64,000 nt of DNA from Leucoraja ocellata (GCA_036785375.1 JAWMAR010000574.1:496001-560000), one strand, 5' to 3'. Shown: positions 37,492-51,676, counted from the stretch's first letter. Notes: a model not told the origin generated them from the sequence alone. Made by a program: numbers and translations.

Positions 37492-37671
37492 NNNNNNNNN
37501 NNNNNNNNNNNNNNNNNNNNNNNNNNNNNNNNNNNNNNNNNNNNNNNNNNNNNNNNNNNNNNNNNNNNNNNNNNNNNNNNNNNNNNNNNNNNNNNNNNNN
37601 NNNNNNNNNNNNNNNNNNNNNNNNNNNNNNNNNNNNNNNNNNNNNNNNNNNNNNNNNNNNNNNNNNNNNNN
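37492..37671. other. Assembly gap
   Basis: Run of N. Confidence 1.
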
Positions 37672-38647
37672 CTGTGTCTTGTGTGAACGAGTAAGCAAGA
37701 AAATGTAAAAATAGTTTATTGTGCTACTACTGTATATATATTTTTTGCAGGCTTAGGAGTGTCAAAGGCATTCACAAACGCTTTGACAGCTGGTGAGCCT
37801 GAGGCAAAGGTGTCGCATGCTATCAACTGGTTCTCTGAGAGTTTAGCACGCTGCTGGCAATGAAACAGCCCAGCCTCACCAAAGTGTTGGGATCAGAGTC
37901 CCAGGATAACGCTTGCTTGGGGGCAGACACCCAGCAGTTGTGGGACAATGGATGATCCATGGCAATATCTTCTACGTTTCAGTGCAAAGGTTTGTTCGAT
38001 AATATTCCTGTGCCGAATGCTGAGATTATTCAGTATGTTGAAGTCTGTGGGAATTGATGTGGACGCATGCTTGCTACCATCAGTTCCCTGTGCAGTTTTC
38101 TTGAGTTGCGAATATCCTGCTGGAGGTCTGTAATAAAATTATAATTGAACTAGCCTCAAACCTATGTTGGGATCAGGATAATGGCTAAACACCAATGCGA
38201 ATCTAAAGTAGGAAATGAAAATTTCATCCCTTATAAACAAATTCCCTACCACAGATAACAACATTTTAATGCACGTTCAATTTAAACCATGTGCAGAAAG
38301 CAGACTGAACTCCATATAACAGCCCGAAAAGATATCAAGCAAAGGTTATGAGAACTATTTTCCCGTGGGTATCTGGTGCCCTTTACACTCACAGAGCTGT
38401 TTTCCCATCTCAAAATTCTAACATAGCCACATCATACCAAGAATGTTAGCACTGATTTCTAATATTATAGCTTTAGTAAGCAATAAAATATCTCTGAACA
38501 TCTTTGGATGATGGTTCACATTGGACTTTAGAAATGTATTCTTGAACAGTTTCGTTTTTAGTTTTGTTGCTGATTTGAAATAGGAAAAATGAAAAATCTG
38601 TTTGTTCCCTATCAGATGCATTTGATACACTTGTCTGTTAACAGCCT

Positions 38648-38952
38648 TGTTTAGTTTATTTAGAGATACAGAGCGGCAACAGGTCCTTCAGCCCACACCT
38701 ACCAGTGCTTCCTGCCAATTAACACTGTCTTACCTATACACACGAGGAACAATTTACCCGTACACCAAGCCAATTAACCTACAGACCTGCATGTCTTTGG
38801 AGTGTGGGTGAAACCGAAGATCTCGGAGAAAACCCACATGGTAACGGAGAGACGTACAGACTCCGTACAGACAGCACTCGTATTGAGGATCGGGCCCGAG
38901 TCTCCGGCATTGCAAGCGCTGTAAGGCAGCAATTCTACCGTTGCGCCACGCT
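38648..38952 (-). mobile_element. HE1-type SINE
   Basis: Reverse complement of tail, core and head. Confidence 0.85.
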
Positions 38953-39269
38953 ATGTGCCATTATATTCCATGTGCCACGTAAAATATGGCAGTGATTTTC
39001 AGTTGCAACCATATCTCGATACTTTGCCATTGGGAATTTAGCTTAAAGATACAATGCATCTTAATGGGCAGAAATCTTCCCAACACACAATAAAATTAAT
39101 TGAAGTACATTCTTGCAAAAATGCTGCTGGTTCTTTGAATGCAATATTAATGCTTTTTCGGAAACAAGGAACTGCAGATGCTGGTTTATTTTTTTAAAAG
39201 ACACAAAGTGCTGGAGTACCTCACTGGGTCAGGCAGTATATCTGGAAAACATGATTTTACAGGTGATTG

Positions 39270-39560
39270 TAAACGGTCTGTTCCACTTTGCGATTTTTTT
39301 CGGCGACTGCGGGTGTCAGCAGTCACCGAAAAACCGCCAAGTTGTACGACAATCTATGACAGGCTACGACACAGTTGACGTCAAGCTGCGACAATCTGCA
39401 TCAGCTGAAGTCACAATTTCCAGGACCTCAACAGTGACAACATGCGACATCCTGCAACCGCACAGACGTCAAACAGCAACAGCCGAAGTCGACATACGTC
39501 CACCCTGGACACAAAATACGGCAAGATATGACAGGCTGCGTCACTGTCTACGACAAAGGG
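39270..39560. mobile_element. Harbinger-like element end fragment
   Basis: ggtctgttccactttgcgattttttt resembles the TIR at 14886, followed by short cgac/tgac repeats. Confidence 0.5.
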
Positions 39561-39727
39561 GGCCCTTCGGGTCAACTCGACCATGGTGATCAAGATGCCC
39601 CATCTAAGCCAGTCCCATTTGGCCCGCTTTCTACTCAAAGAAAAATGCACTAAATGTTAGCTCAATGTAAAAGACATCAAATCTTACAAAATAAATGAAT
39701 ATTATACTTAAAACCTGCCATTCAGTT

Positions 39728-40055
39728 TACAGACCAGTGGTATGAATATTGATTTTTCTAATATCAGGTAGCCCCGGCGTTCCCTCTCTCTCTATCCCTC
39801 CCCCACCCAAGTCGCACGAGCTTCTCGTCTTCACCCTACAAACAACTAACAATGGCCTGTTTCCTTTATCATCGTTACTTTTTTGCATATATTTCATTCA
39901 TTGTTCTTTATCTCTCAATATCAACATCTATATCTCTTGTTTCCCTTATCCCTAACCAGTCTGAAGAAGGACCTCGACCCGAAACGTCACCCATTCCTTC
40001 TCTCCAGAGATGCTGTCTGTCCTGCTGAGTTACTCCTGCTTTTTGTGTCTATCTT
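39728..40055 (+). mobile_element. Penelope-like 3' end with complete PLTR
   Basis: GMNIDFSNIR* then PLTR with ctgaagaaggacctcgacccgaaacgtc; 13-bp TSD ctgccattcagtt at 39715-39727 and 40056-40068. Confidence 0.85.
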
Positions 40056-41792
40056 CTGCCATTCAGTTACCTCACTGAAAATAATCCACTTTATACATTG
40101 CAGAAAGAAGCCGCAGAAAGAAGCGTACGGCATGTGGCTGGGAAATAGTTTTCATAGATCTAATTTTCTCTGCCGTGGGGAGATATGAGAATGCAGCTGT
40201 GGTTAGGATTTTGTATTAGGAATTGTTAATTCAAATCTATCCTTAATGGCAGACTCGGAATCCAAAACCAGAAAAAAAACAAGTCCTTTACACCATTTGG
40301 CCATCAAACAGCCTGAGTAACTGCACTGATCTTAAGGTCTGTTCTTTTCAATAAGTAAGGCTGTGTTGAGTAGGCCACCATGTGGTCAGGTGCTTGGGCC
40401 CTAACTACTTTACAGTAAATTCCAATAATCCGACATGTTCAGGAATTTGGTGGTGCCCCCCTGGTGGATTCTCCAAACTATTGAGTATTATTCCAATTGG
40501 TCATAGAATCATACAGCATGGAAATAGGCCCTTTAACCCAACCCGTCCATGCCGACCAAGATGCCCCATGTACACTAGTGCCACCTGTCCACTTTTGGCC
40601 CCATATACCTCTACATCTTTCCTGTCCATGTACCTGTCTAAATGTATTTTAAATATTATTATAGCATATGCCTTAGTATCCTCTGGCAGCTCATTCCATA
40701 CGCCATAAACATATTGAATAGTACACTAGCTCATTACACTTAATTCATATGATAAATGTCAATTAAAAATGTTCCAAAACTTCCCACTTGGTTCCAAAAT
40801 CCCCTAAAAATATGTAACTGGGAAATCTGCCAAAGATTTCAAATAATCATCTCATGCTGAAATCTGACAAAATGAAAACTCTGAGAATCTCGTCTCCTAC
40901 AGCACAAAATGAATTAACACAAGCAAAAGAGCAAAATGCTGGAAGAACTCAGCAGGTCAGGCAGCCTCTGTGGTGGGAAATGGACAGACAACTCAGTCTG
41001 ATGAAGGGTTCCGAGCCTAAAGTCTCATCTGTCTATTTCCCTCCACAGATGCTGTTTGCTCCGCTGTGTTCCCCCAGGACTTTAATGTTGCTCAAGTTTC
41101 AAGCATGAAGAGTACCTTGTGTTGTGAGAATTAACATAAACAATCAAGGCCCAAACAACACGGTGAAGTCCTGTCCTATTCCTTTGTTCTTCTTAAACGA
41201 ATTAAAGGTCAATAAACCACCAGTATTACATAAAAGGCACAGCATTCATATGAAGTCACTTGGAAGCAAAAGGCTGGATTGTCCTATTGCAGGGAGTAGT
41301 TAAGTAATCTGATTAGTACATTTAAAGACAAGCTAGAGAAACATAGATGATGCAAGAACAGAGGAAAACGTTGACACCATCGGGTGCAAAGGTGTGACTG
41401 GACTCTCTTAGGCCAGGACAAGAAAGACTGTGTGGCCTACAACTTTCTTCAATTATGTAGCAATGAACAACATAGAGCAAAATGCATGGGATTGAAAACT
41501 TGAGATGAACCTGCTTTTTAGGTTTCCCTCCAGAAGGGGTACATTTTTGATCTTATGTTCATGGGATGTGAACGTCATGGTTAAGGCGAGCAATTGCAGC
41601 CCATCCTTGCATTTCCCTTTGAATTGAGTGGCTTGCTTGATTTTTTTCAGTCCAGTTGCATTATTATGAATCAACAGTGAGGTGTAGTCCAGCACTTTGT
41701 GTCCATCTTCTAAAGGAAGGATGCAGATTTCCATCGACATTAGAGAACCAGGTAAGTGTTCAGCAGCTTCATGTTCACATTAACGATGTTAA

Positions 41793-41925
41793 GTGTTTAA
41801 GAAGGAACTGCAGATGCTGGAAAATCGAAGGTACACAAAAATGCTGGAGAAACTCAGCGGGTGCAGCAGCATCTATGAAGCGAAGGAGATAGGCAACGAT
41901 TCGGGCCAAAACCCTTCTTCAGACT
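41793..41925 (-). mobile_element. PLTR fragment (second subfamily, like 12837-12939)
   Basis: aaactcagcgggtgcagcagcatctatg...cccttcttcagact. Confidence 0.8.
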
Positions 41926-43239
41926 CTGATGTTCAGTCTTAATTCCAAATTTGTTTACTTTTACTACCCCAGCTGCTCTGATGAGATTCAAACGTGCAAT
42001 CTGGATTGGTAGCCCAGGACTCCAAACACTAGCCCAGTGTCTTAATCACTACGCCAGTGCATTCTTAATTCTAGCTAATTTGTGTGGGAAATTGTTGATG
42101 AAGAAACCACTTTCGAACTGGCCAGAAGTAAATGATGAAACAACATCATGTATAACATATAATGTTTCTTCTGGCTCCTTATCCACCCTTCCAATTATAT
42201 AACATTACACTGGAGGCATGACTACTGCATCAAGAAGACCTGGGATGAAGTTACATTATCAGATCAATGGCATTTTATTGATGCTTTTGTTTTACACTAT
42301 ATTACTTGGCAAGCCAAAAATCACATTCATTATTATTTGGCAGTTGAAGAGAAATTACACAGAGATTGAAATTGTAATATAGCTCTCAACTGGAATCCAA
42401 CAATGTATATGATAGAACACAGAGTGCTGGAGTAACTCAACAGGTCAGGCAGCACCTGTGGAGAACATGGTCAAGCAACATTTTGGATCAGCACCTTTCT
42501 TCATAAAAATAGTATATGCATGTTGGAAGAAGTGGGAGAGGAGCAGCAGGATATGGTAATGGCTAACCAAATAGCCAGATCTCTCTGGGAAATTCTAAAT
42601 TTCAATCCCAATTCTCCCTCATTAGCAGCATTCTTACTAGATTCATGTTCTGTCATCCAGCCTCAGGGCAGATGAACTATAGATCTCGAGATGCTTCCCA
42701 ATGCAAACAGGCGCAGTTTTGATTCTGAACGAGGAAGTGGCCATATTTCTAACCTTTACGTAACTGAGTTGTTTCAGGGACCAGGGATGTGAAGGCTTCT
42801 TGCCAACTGTGCTGCTTGCTTTTCCTTCTGCATCAGGAAAGTTACCATGGGTATTTCATTTGCAGTCACAGAGAGTCAAATTGCATGGAAACAAACCCTT
42901 CAGCTCAACGTATCCATGCTGAGCAAGATGCCCCAGTAAGCATAGAGTCATTGTCATACAACATGGAAGCTTTGACAGCTTTGCTTCTCCACTGACGATC
43001 AATCTAAAAAAAGGTGGTAAAATGACCTTAAAATGCTTCAAATCCTACCTTTGCCCCAAGTGGATCACATGTTTTAATCTCTCCCCGGTTTCCACATTTG
43101 AAATTCCATCTCCCCGTTTCCATCTTCTTTTTAGTCCTCACTGCATGACCAAGCACTTGCTTACCATCAGTCCTAATATCTCTGTATGTGGACTATAGGT
43201 ACAGACAATGATTCTGTCTTTTTTTTTTTGTGACATGGC

Positions 43240-43942
43240 ATGTTATGTATGGCATGTTGGCCTTCGTAACAAGAGTTGAGTATAGGAGCAAAGAGATCCT
43301 TCTGCAGTTGTATAGAGCCCTAGTGAGACCACATCTGGAGTATTGTGTACAGTTTTGGTCCCCTAATTTGAGGAAGGACATTCTTGCTATTGAGGGAGTG
43401 CAGCGGAGGTTCACAAGGTTAATTCCCGGGATGGCGGGACAGTCATATGCTGAGAGAATGGAGCGGCTGGGCTTGTATACTCTGGAGTTTAGAAGGATCA
43501 GAGGGAATCTTATTGAAACATATAAGATTATTAAGGTTTGGACATACCAGAGGCAGGAAACATGTTATTGATGTTAGGGCATTTCGTTGTCTCTGTACTG
43601 TACACTGACAATGACAATTAAAATTGAATCTGAATCTGAATCTGGGAGTCCAGAACCAGGGGCCCCAGTTTAAGAATAAAGGGCAAGGCACTTACGGTGA
43701 TGAGGAAACACTTTTTCACACAGAGAGTCTGTGGAATTCTCTGCCTCAGAGGGCGGTGAAGAACAGTTCTCTGGATACTTTCAAGAGAGAGCTTGATAGG
43801 GCTCTTAAAGATAGCGGAGTTAGGGGATATGGGGAGAAGGCAGGAATGGGGTACTGACTGTGGATGATCAGCCATGATCACATTGAATGGCGGTGCTGGC
43901 TCGAAGGGCCGAATGGCCTACTCCTGCACCTATTGTCTATTG
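43240..43942 (+). mobile_element. CR1 LINE 3' portion containing a Rex1 tail insertion (43580-43643)
   Basis: ORF 43230-43571: EYRSKEILLQLYRALVRPHLEYCVQFWSPNLRKDILAIEGVQRRFTRLIPG. Confidence 0.92.
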
Positions 43943-44382
43943 ACATTTAAAAGTGGTGCTGATGGAGAACTGAGAGACAAGTTCATTCAAGGTGCTTGAC
44001 TAAAGAATTGACCGAGATTCTTTTTGGCAGGGACTTCAAGATCAGCAAATTGCATTTGTGACTGTGCATGCCACATCATTACTCCACAGATACAGGGAGC
44101 AGAACTTGCAAATTTACTTGCAATGACTTGCATATTAGATCATATAAAAACAGGAAGGCTTGATTCCCTGAGAATCAAATAAATACCAGACATGATTGCA
44201 ATGCCGAGTGTGCATTGCAATCGAGTTGACATTTACTACTAGAAATAATCTCTACAAACCGCGATCAACTCTGAAATTTCAGAGCCTCACTGTTCCAGAA
44301 AGACCATTCCGTTTAGGAAGGATATTCTTCACATTTTCTATGGAAGTTATTTACTCACAAGAATAAAACCCCTTTCTCCAGA

Positions 44383-44660
44383 GTGGCTCAGTGGTGCAGT
44401 GGTAGAACTGCTGCTTTACAGCATCAAAGACCCGGGTTCGATCCAGACTATGGGTGCTCTGTACAGAGTTTGTACGTTCTCCCTATGACCGCATGGGTTT
44501 TCTCCAGGTGCTCCGGTTTATTCCCACTACAATGATATACAGGTTTGTAGGTTAATTGGTTTTGGTTAAATTGTAAATTTCCCCTTGTGTGTAGGTGTTA
44601 GTGTACTAGTGATCGCTGGTTAGCACGGACTCTGTGAGCCAAAGGGAAGTATCTCTGAAC
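44383..44660 (+). mobile_element. HE1-type SINE
   Basis: A box tggtgcagtgg, B box ggttcgatcc, core. Confidence 0.85.
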
Positions 44661-45539
44661 TCCAATTCCTTCCATGATCCTGAACTTGAAAAATATTGAT
44701 TTTCATACTCTAATGTCCTTTCAAATTGTTTATGAATCAAATGTTGATTGTAATGGAGATAATGAAGATGGCTGCATCAATATTTCACTTACTTATGATA
44801 TGTTATATTTGTTGAATTAATAGGTGTGTATTCAATCATCTCCAGGACATTATCCAAGATGTTTCCCACCCAACCTTTAGTAAGTTTCTCAGGTATGTCT
44901 GCAGCCAATTTTGAAATATTTTATCAAATGTTGAACTCCTTCATCCAGTGCTACATTTAATATTGTTATCTTGAGACAGCCTTAACTGCTCACCAGTGCA
45001 TAGAAACTATGTTCTCTGCACACTTTGAAATTAACTACATCCAGCTTCAGTGGTCTCCAACTCCCAGCTAGATTTGGCAGGGAAGAAACCTTCGGTATCT
45101 ATCCACCTCCAACTCCACAGTTTAAAACTGCGAGCACAATTCGCAAATTTAGGAATGAGGTTGTTTGCATGTTCATAGACCAACATATGGAAGGCCATGT
45201 CAGCACCTCCCAGCTGGACCAAAACAATTTGCCTTTGATTGATGGCACGGGCAAGAGGCAACCGGTGCAACAATTTGCTGTAGGTTCATGGAGTTCCTTG
45301 TAGCCTCACTACTGCTAATCAGTTCTTAACCAGGCGACAAATAACAAACTTGGAACTAGGACTGAAAGATTCACAATAAACGGTACTGACACCTGGTAGC
45401 GCTAGGTCTCAACTCATGTTCGGTGCCCTTTAAAAAAAAAAAATGGGATTTATGCCTTCTCCCAACCCAGCCTCTTGTACTCCAGAAAAAAACAATCCAA
45501 GTTTGTCCAACCTCTCCTTGTAGCTAATACTCGTAGTTG

Positions 45540-45832
45540 GACTTTTGAGGCACAGCATGGAAACAGGCCCTTCGGCCCATCAAGTCCACTCTGACCAGCT
45601 ATCACCCCGTACACTAGCAAAATTCTACACACTAGCAACATTTTTACAATTTTACCAAAACCAATTAAACTACAAATCTGTACGCCTTTGGAGTGTGGGA
45701 GGAAACCAGAGCATCCGGAGAAAACCCACGCTGTCAAATGGAGAACATACAAACTCCGTACAGACAGCACCCATAGTCAGGGTTTCTGTCGCTGTAAAGC
45801 AGCAACTCTACCGCTGCACCACTGTGTCGCCG
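45540..45832 (-). mobile_element. HE1-type SINE inside an old CR1 remnant (about 45450-45905)
   Basis: Reverse-complement consensus match. Confidence 0.8.
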
Positions 45833-46451
45833 GCAAATTCAGGCCACATTCTGATAAACCCTTACTCCATCTTCTCCAAACCCTCACATCCTTCCTGTAA
45901 TTGAGCAATCACATCTGCTGATCACTGAATGGTGTATGGCAGGGCAATCTTCTCTTATATGAAGTGGTCCATTTAGATCGGGAATGATTTGCTTTCAGTC
46001 CAGTGTTGTGGACTGAATCAGACAATTCATACAATTTACTCAACTAACATGTTTCCACGCACAGGCTGGTTGTCATGGTTCATCAATAATCTCGACTGAG
46101 GTCTGCTAATGGAACATGAAATCAGAAATCAGTCCCAGGATCGGCTTGGCTCGCAAGGTTCAGCATTAGAACATGCACCCTCGTTATTAAAGAAATGGAA
46201 ATATTTTGATGTAAACCAGCTAATATACGTCACTGTTATTATGGCTAACTACATTAACAAAGTATTTTTGGAAAATCTCATTCCATTTTCCATAAAGCTG
46301 AAATAGTCACATTCTTTCTCAGACCTAAGTTTTGTTTTCACATGTGGTTATAATAGTGCTATAATGACCCTACTTGACATACATGCATGCACTCCATCCA
46401 GTACTGTTTAACTCACAAATCATTGGGCATGATTCCGTTTTTATCCGCCAA

Positions 46452-47005
46452 GTGTACAGTTTTGCTCTCCTAATTTGAGGAAGGACATCCTTGTGATTGA
46501 AGCAGTGCAGCGTAGGTTCACGAGATTGATCCCTGGGATGGCGGGACTGTCATATGAGGAAAGATTGAAAAGACTAGGCTTGTATTCACTGGAGTTTAGA
46601 AGGATGAGGGGGCAATCTTGTAGAAACATATAGAATTACAAAAGGACTGGACAAGCTAGATGCAGGAAAAATGTTCCCAATGTTGGGTGAATCCAGAACC
46701 AGGGGCCACAGTCTTAGAATAAAGGGGAGGTCATTTAAGACTGAGGTGAGAAAAAACCTTTTCACCCAGAGAGTTTATGGAATTACCTGGCACAGAGGGC
46801 AGTGGAAGCCAAGGCACTGAATGGATTTAAGAGAGAGTTAGATAGAGCTCTAGGGGCTAGTGGAGTCAAGGGATATGGGGAAAAGGCAGGCATGGGTTGT
46901 TGATAGGGGATGATCAGCCATGATCACAATGAATGGCGGTGCTGGCTCGAAGGGCCGAATGGCCTCCTCCTGCATCTATTTTCTATGTTTCTATGTCTAT
47001 GTCTA
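46452..47005 (+). mobile_element. CR1 LINE 3' portion
   Basis: CVQF.SPNLRKDI...LGLYSLEFRRMRG...GYGEKAG and (TCTATG)n tail. Confidence 0.92.
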
Positions 47006-47394
47006 AATGTTGTGTACGGCTTATTGCCATGCTATTCATTTCAATAATGGCAACTGTATCAAAATACTAAATAATTTTACAACCTTTTTGGTAACAATAC
47101 GCACAGAAGCCATTACCAAGCTGCTCTTTTAAAATTCCTTCCAACAGATTACCGAGTGAGAACCTCATTCAATCGTAAAAATAAACGATTGGGGCTTCAA
47201 TTTTCCATAAGTTTGTAAGAATTGTTTGTTGCTGATAATTAGTCATGGAATCATTGACTGGTTGCCTGTAAGGGTTTTGTCATGTTTATATATTTAATAG
47301 AATAAAACGTTGCAGCAGCCGACTATTTATTTTGGAAACTCTGATGTATAAAGATGCCCATTCGTCTGAGAATGTGTCATAGTCTCATCGAAGT

Positions 47395-48272
47395 AGTGGC
47401 AGTGGCACTAATGCCGGTGGTGATGAAGTGCTTTGAGAGGTTGATCATGGAGCAAATCAACTCCTACCACGACAAGAACCGCGACCCACTGCAGTTCGCT
47501 TACCGCCACAACAGATCAATGGTGGATGCGATCTCGCTGGCCCTCCACTCCGCTCTGGACCACTTGGACAACAAAAACTCATATGTCAGGCTGTTATTCA
47601 TCGATTACAGCTCGGCATTCAACACAATCATCCCCTCCAAGCTGGTTACCAAACTCGCACAACTGGGTCTCTGCGCATCCCTCTGCAATTGGATCCTCGA
47701 CTTCCTCATTCACAGACCACAGTCTGTTCGTATTGGTGGAAATGTGTCAGCCTCGATAACAATCAGCACGGGAGTACCTCAAGGCTGCGTGCTCAGCCCC
47801 CTGCTGTACTCACTCTATACTCATGACTGCATAGCCAGTCACAGTGCGAACTCCATCATCAAGTTTGTTGACGACACCACTGTTGTGGGACGTATCTATG
47901 TATTGTATCTATGTAGCACCAGGTTGAGGACTACGTTCTTTCCCACACTTATTAGACAACTGAATGGATCTCTCATAGGCTAGAAACAAGGAACTGCACA
48001 TGCTGGTTTACACAAAAGGACACAAAGTGCTGGAGTAACTCAGCACCGCAGGCAGCAAAACAGGAGAACATGGATAGATAATATTTATTTTGGGTCGGGA
48101 CGTCTGCCATGAGTGCAGTCTGATCACCCAACCTACCTCATTACAACACTTGCACTTCTTTTATTGTGGATGGATGGACTGTGATCATGTATAGTCTTTG
48201 CGCTGACTGGTTAACACACAACAAAAGTTTTTCGCTGCTACCTCATGACAATAAACAATACTAAACTAAACT
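47395..48272 (+). mobile_element. Rex1/Babar RT fragment joined to a Rex1 3' end; PLTR inserted at about 47983-48105
   Basis: ORF 47354-47983: [65 protein letters not shown]; atgacaataaa tail. Confidence 0.9.
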
Positions 48273-49955
48273 TTCTCAATAGAAAGTGTTTACTTGATAC
48301 TCCAGTTTTTTTCAGATGATTCGGCCCAATTAAGTGACTCATTATTTCTGCAAAGCAAACTAATTGATTGGGGATGGAGGTACCCAGTGCTTGTTGGTTC
48401 TCCCTATCATGAAGCTATTTTTAACTGCAAGTAGATGCAAATCAGTGCTACTTGATGTGTGAAGAGCACAAACAGCTTTGCAAATGACAATCAAAAGGGT
48501 CCAATTTGCAGGGCCGTGCAATATGGAGTGTGTGAATAACCACTGATGAAAGCACTATTAATTGGCATAAGCATTCCGATAAATGTGCCTCCTAGTTAAT
48601 GATTTCCTTGGCAGCTGGAAGGGGTGCCATGCATGGACATTGGACAGGCTTGTAATCGCGTGGCGCAAGGTATGAGATTTCCAAGTGAAATTCATGTGCT
48701 GACAGCCAAGGTAAAAGCTAGTTTAGATGATGTGCTAATTACCTGAAGCAGCTGTGGTGAGTGTGCAGTTCTAGCCATGACAGCAGTTCTTTAAATCTGC
48801 TCCTGCACCACACAACAAGCCTGCAAGTGCTACATACTCCCTGCTAAGGGAGCGCCGATTAGTTATGCTAATCGATTTGCACTGTCCTTTGAGGTCTGAT
48901 GCCTTTGCTTGGGGTGAATGATTTACTCCCGTCACTGGCGTCATTGTACAAGGTCAAGATAATGAGCTCTGCGTAGATAAGTCTGATGGATCCTAGCATT
49001 CAGCTGTCAAAACACCCTGGTTTTGAATCTTATCTCAAAATGTAATAATTCTATCACATTGTTTAATTATCTATACTCATGAATACTAATGCAAATTTCG
49101 CAACGATTCCATCATAGTTCACTAGCGACTGGCAAAACAAATAATAACAAAGTTATTGTTGGGCTGGAAAATGGGGATTTTTGTATTGCATTATATTTTC
49201 TAGTATTAAGGGAGAATAATTGAATCCTCGTGTTTCAGTTTTACGCAGACATATTTATAATAATACATACTTTGTATTTCTTGAAACATGCTGCTTCTTT
49301 TCCAAAGCAAGAGGTGAGGGATCATGCCAGTGACTGGATAGAGGAATAGCTGAATAACCTTCAGGTCCCATACATCAGCAGGCAGTCTCACCAGAGACAT
49401 CAAAGCCAAAAGAGACCATGTTCTCAGCATATAAACTGAACTTTTTTAGTGTGTAACTTTGTAAAAATGTTATATAACTGTTGTCTAACTTTTATCGCAG
49501 CAAGAAATTGCAGACAGTTGTACCATAGTCATAAAACACGGAAATATAGCCTGACATGTCCATGTCAACGAAGATGCCCCAATCCATCACAAAGATCAGC
49601 TTCCTCCTCATCAACTCCATCTACAGTGCATTCAGAACGTATTCTGACCCCTTCACTTTTTCCACATTTTGTTATGATACAGACTTATATTTAAATGGAT
49701 TAAATTCATTTTTTATATCATCAATCTACACACAATACCCCAGAATGAAGAAGCAAAAACAGGTGTTTAGCAATTTTTGCAAAGTAATTTAAAAAAACCC
49801 TGAAATATCACATTCACATAAGTATTCAGACCCTTTGCTATGACACCCAAAACTGAGCTTAGGTTGATCCTGTTTCCATTGATTATCCTTGAGATGTTTC
49901 TACAACTTGATTGGAGTCCACCAGTGGTAAATTAAATTGATTGTACACGATTTGG

Positions 49956-50606
49956 GGACGGAGGTGAAACGTGTTTCTAGCTTCAGGTTCCTGGGAGTCA
50001 ACATCTCCGATGACCTCTCTTGGACCCACAATACCTCAACTCTGATCAAGAAGGCTCACCAGCGTCTCTTCTTCCTGAGGAGACTGAAGAAGGTTCATCT
50101 GTCTCCTCAGATCCTGGTGAACTTCTACCGCTGCACCATCAAGAGCATCCTTACCAACTGCATCACAGTATGGTATGGCAACTGCTCTGTCTCCGACCGG
50201 AAGGCATTGCAGAGGGTGGTGAAAATTGCCCAACGCATCACCGGTTCCACGTTCCCCTCCATTGAGTCTGTCCAAAGCAAGCGTTGTCTGCGGAGGGCGC
50301 TCAGCATCGCCAAGGACTGCTCTCACCCCAACCATGGACTGTTTACCCTCCTACCATCCAGGAGGCGCTACAGGTCTCTCCGTTGCTGAACCAGCAGGTC
50401 GAGGAACAGCTTCTTCCTGGCGGCTGTCACTCTACTCAACAACGTACCTCGGTGACTGCCAATCACCACCCCCCCCCCCGGACACTTATTATTATTTATT
50501 CAAATCATTTGCTATGTCGCTCTTCCAGGGAGATGCTAAATGCATTTCGTTGTCTCTGTACTGTACACTGACAATGACAATTAAAATTGAATCTGAATCT
50601 GAATCT
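49956..50606 (+). mobile_element. Young 5'-truncated Rex1/Babar LINE nested in the Tc1
   Basis: FRFLGVNISDDLSW..KKAHQRLFFLRRLKK..FYRCTI.SILT.CITVWYGNC; (TGAATC)n tail; 7-bp TSD gatttgg at 49949-49955 and 50607-50613. Confidence 0.93.
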
Positions 50607-50678
50607 GATTTGGAAAGGCACACACCTGTCTATATAATGTACCACAGTTGACAGTGCATGTCAGTGCAAAACCAAACC

Positions 50679-51676
50679 ATGAAGAAGAAGGAATTGTCCG
50701 TAGACCTCAGAGACAGGATTGTGTCGAGACACAGATCTGGGGAAGGGTATAAAACAATTTCTGCAGCAATGCAGGTCCCAAGGACGACAGAGGCCTCCGT
50801 CATTCTTAAACAGAAGAACTTTGAACCACTAGGACTCTTCATAGAGCTGGCCGCCCGCCCAAACTAAGCAATCGGGGGAGAAGGGCCTTGGTCAGGGAGG
50901 TGACCAAGAACCTGACAGAGCTCCAGAGATCCTCTGTGGAGATGGGAGAACCTTCCAGAAGGACAACTATATCTGCAGCATTCCACCAATCAGGCCTTTA
51001 TGTTAGAGTGGCCAGACGGAAGCCACTCCTCAGTAAAAGGCACATGACAGCCCGCTTGGAGTTTGCCAAAAGGACTCTCAGACCATGAGAAACAAGATTC
51101 TCTGGTCTGATGAAACCAAGATTGAACTCTTTGGCCTGAATGGCAAGCGTCACGTATGGAGGAAACCAGACACCGCTCATCACCTGGCCAATACCATACC
51201 TACAATGAAGCATGGTGGTGGCAGCATCATGCTGTGGGAATGTTTTTCAGCAGCAGGAACTGGGAGGACTAGTCAGGATCAAGGGAAAGATGAACGAAGC
51301 AAAGTTCAGAGAGATCCTTGATGAAAACCTGCTCCAGAGTGTTCTGGACCTCAGACTGGGGCGGAGGTTCACCTTCCAACAGGACAATGACCCTAAGCAC
51401 ACAGCCAAGACAACGCAGGAGTGGCTTTGTGACAAGTCTGTGAATGTCCTTGAGTGGCCCAGCCAGAGCCCGGACTTGAACCCGATCGAACATCTCTGGA
51501 GGGATCTGAAAATAGCTGTGCATCGACACTCCCCTTCCAATCTGATAGAGCTTGAGAGGATCTGCAGAGAAGAATTGGAGAAATTACCCAAATACAGGAG
51601 TGCCAAGCTTGTAGCGTCATACCCAAGAAGACTTGAGGCTGTAATCATTGCCAAAGGTGCCTCAACAAAATACTGA
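50679..51676 (+). pseudogene. Tc1 DD34E transposase, frameshifted
   Basis: MKKKELSVDLRDRIV (paired-like HTH), RVARRKPLL, WSDETK, KHGGGSIMLW, FQQDNDPKH, SPDLNPIEHLW, KGASTKY* over four ORF pieces. Confidence 0.95.

Noticed and set aside
41535-41760. Perfect donor CAG|GTAAGT at 41749-41757
   Set aside because: Lies at the end of what looks like an old LINE/SINE-tail remnant; no convincing acceptor or ORF
44700-45330. Unique-looking region with 80-92 aa ORFs on both strands
   Set aside because: No recognisable domain or splice-bounded exon; stops in extended frames; BLASTX would be needed
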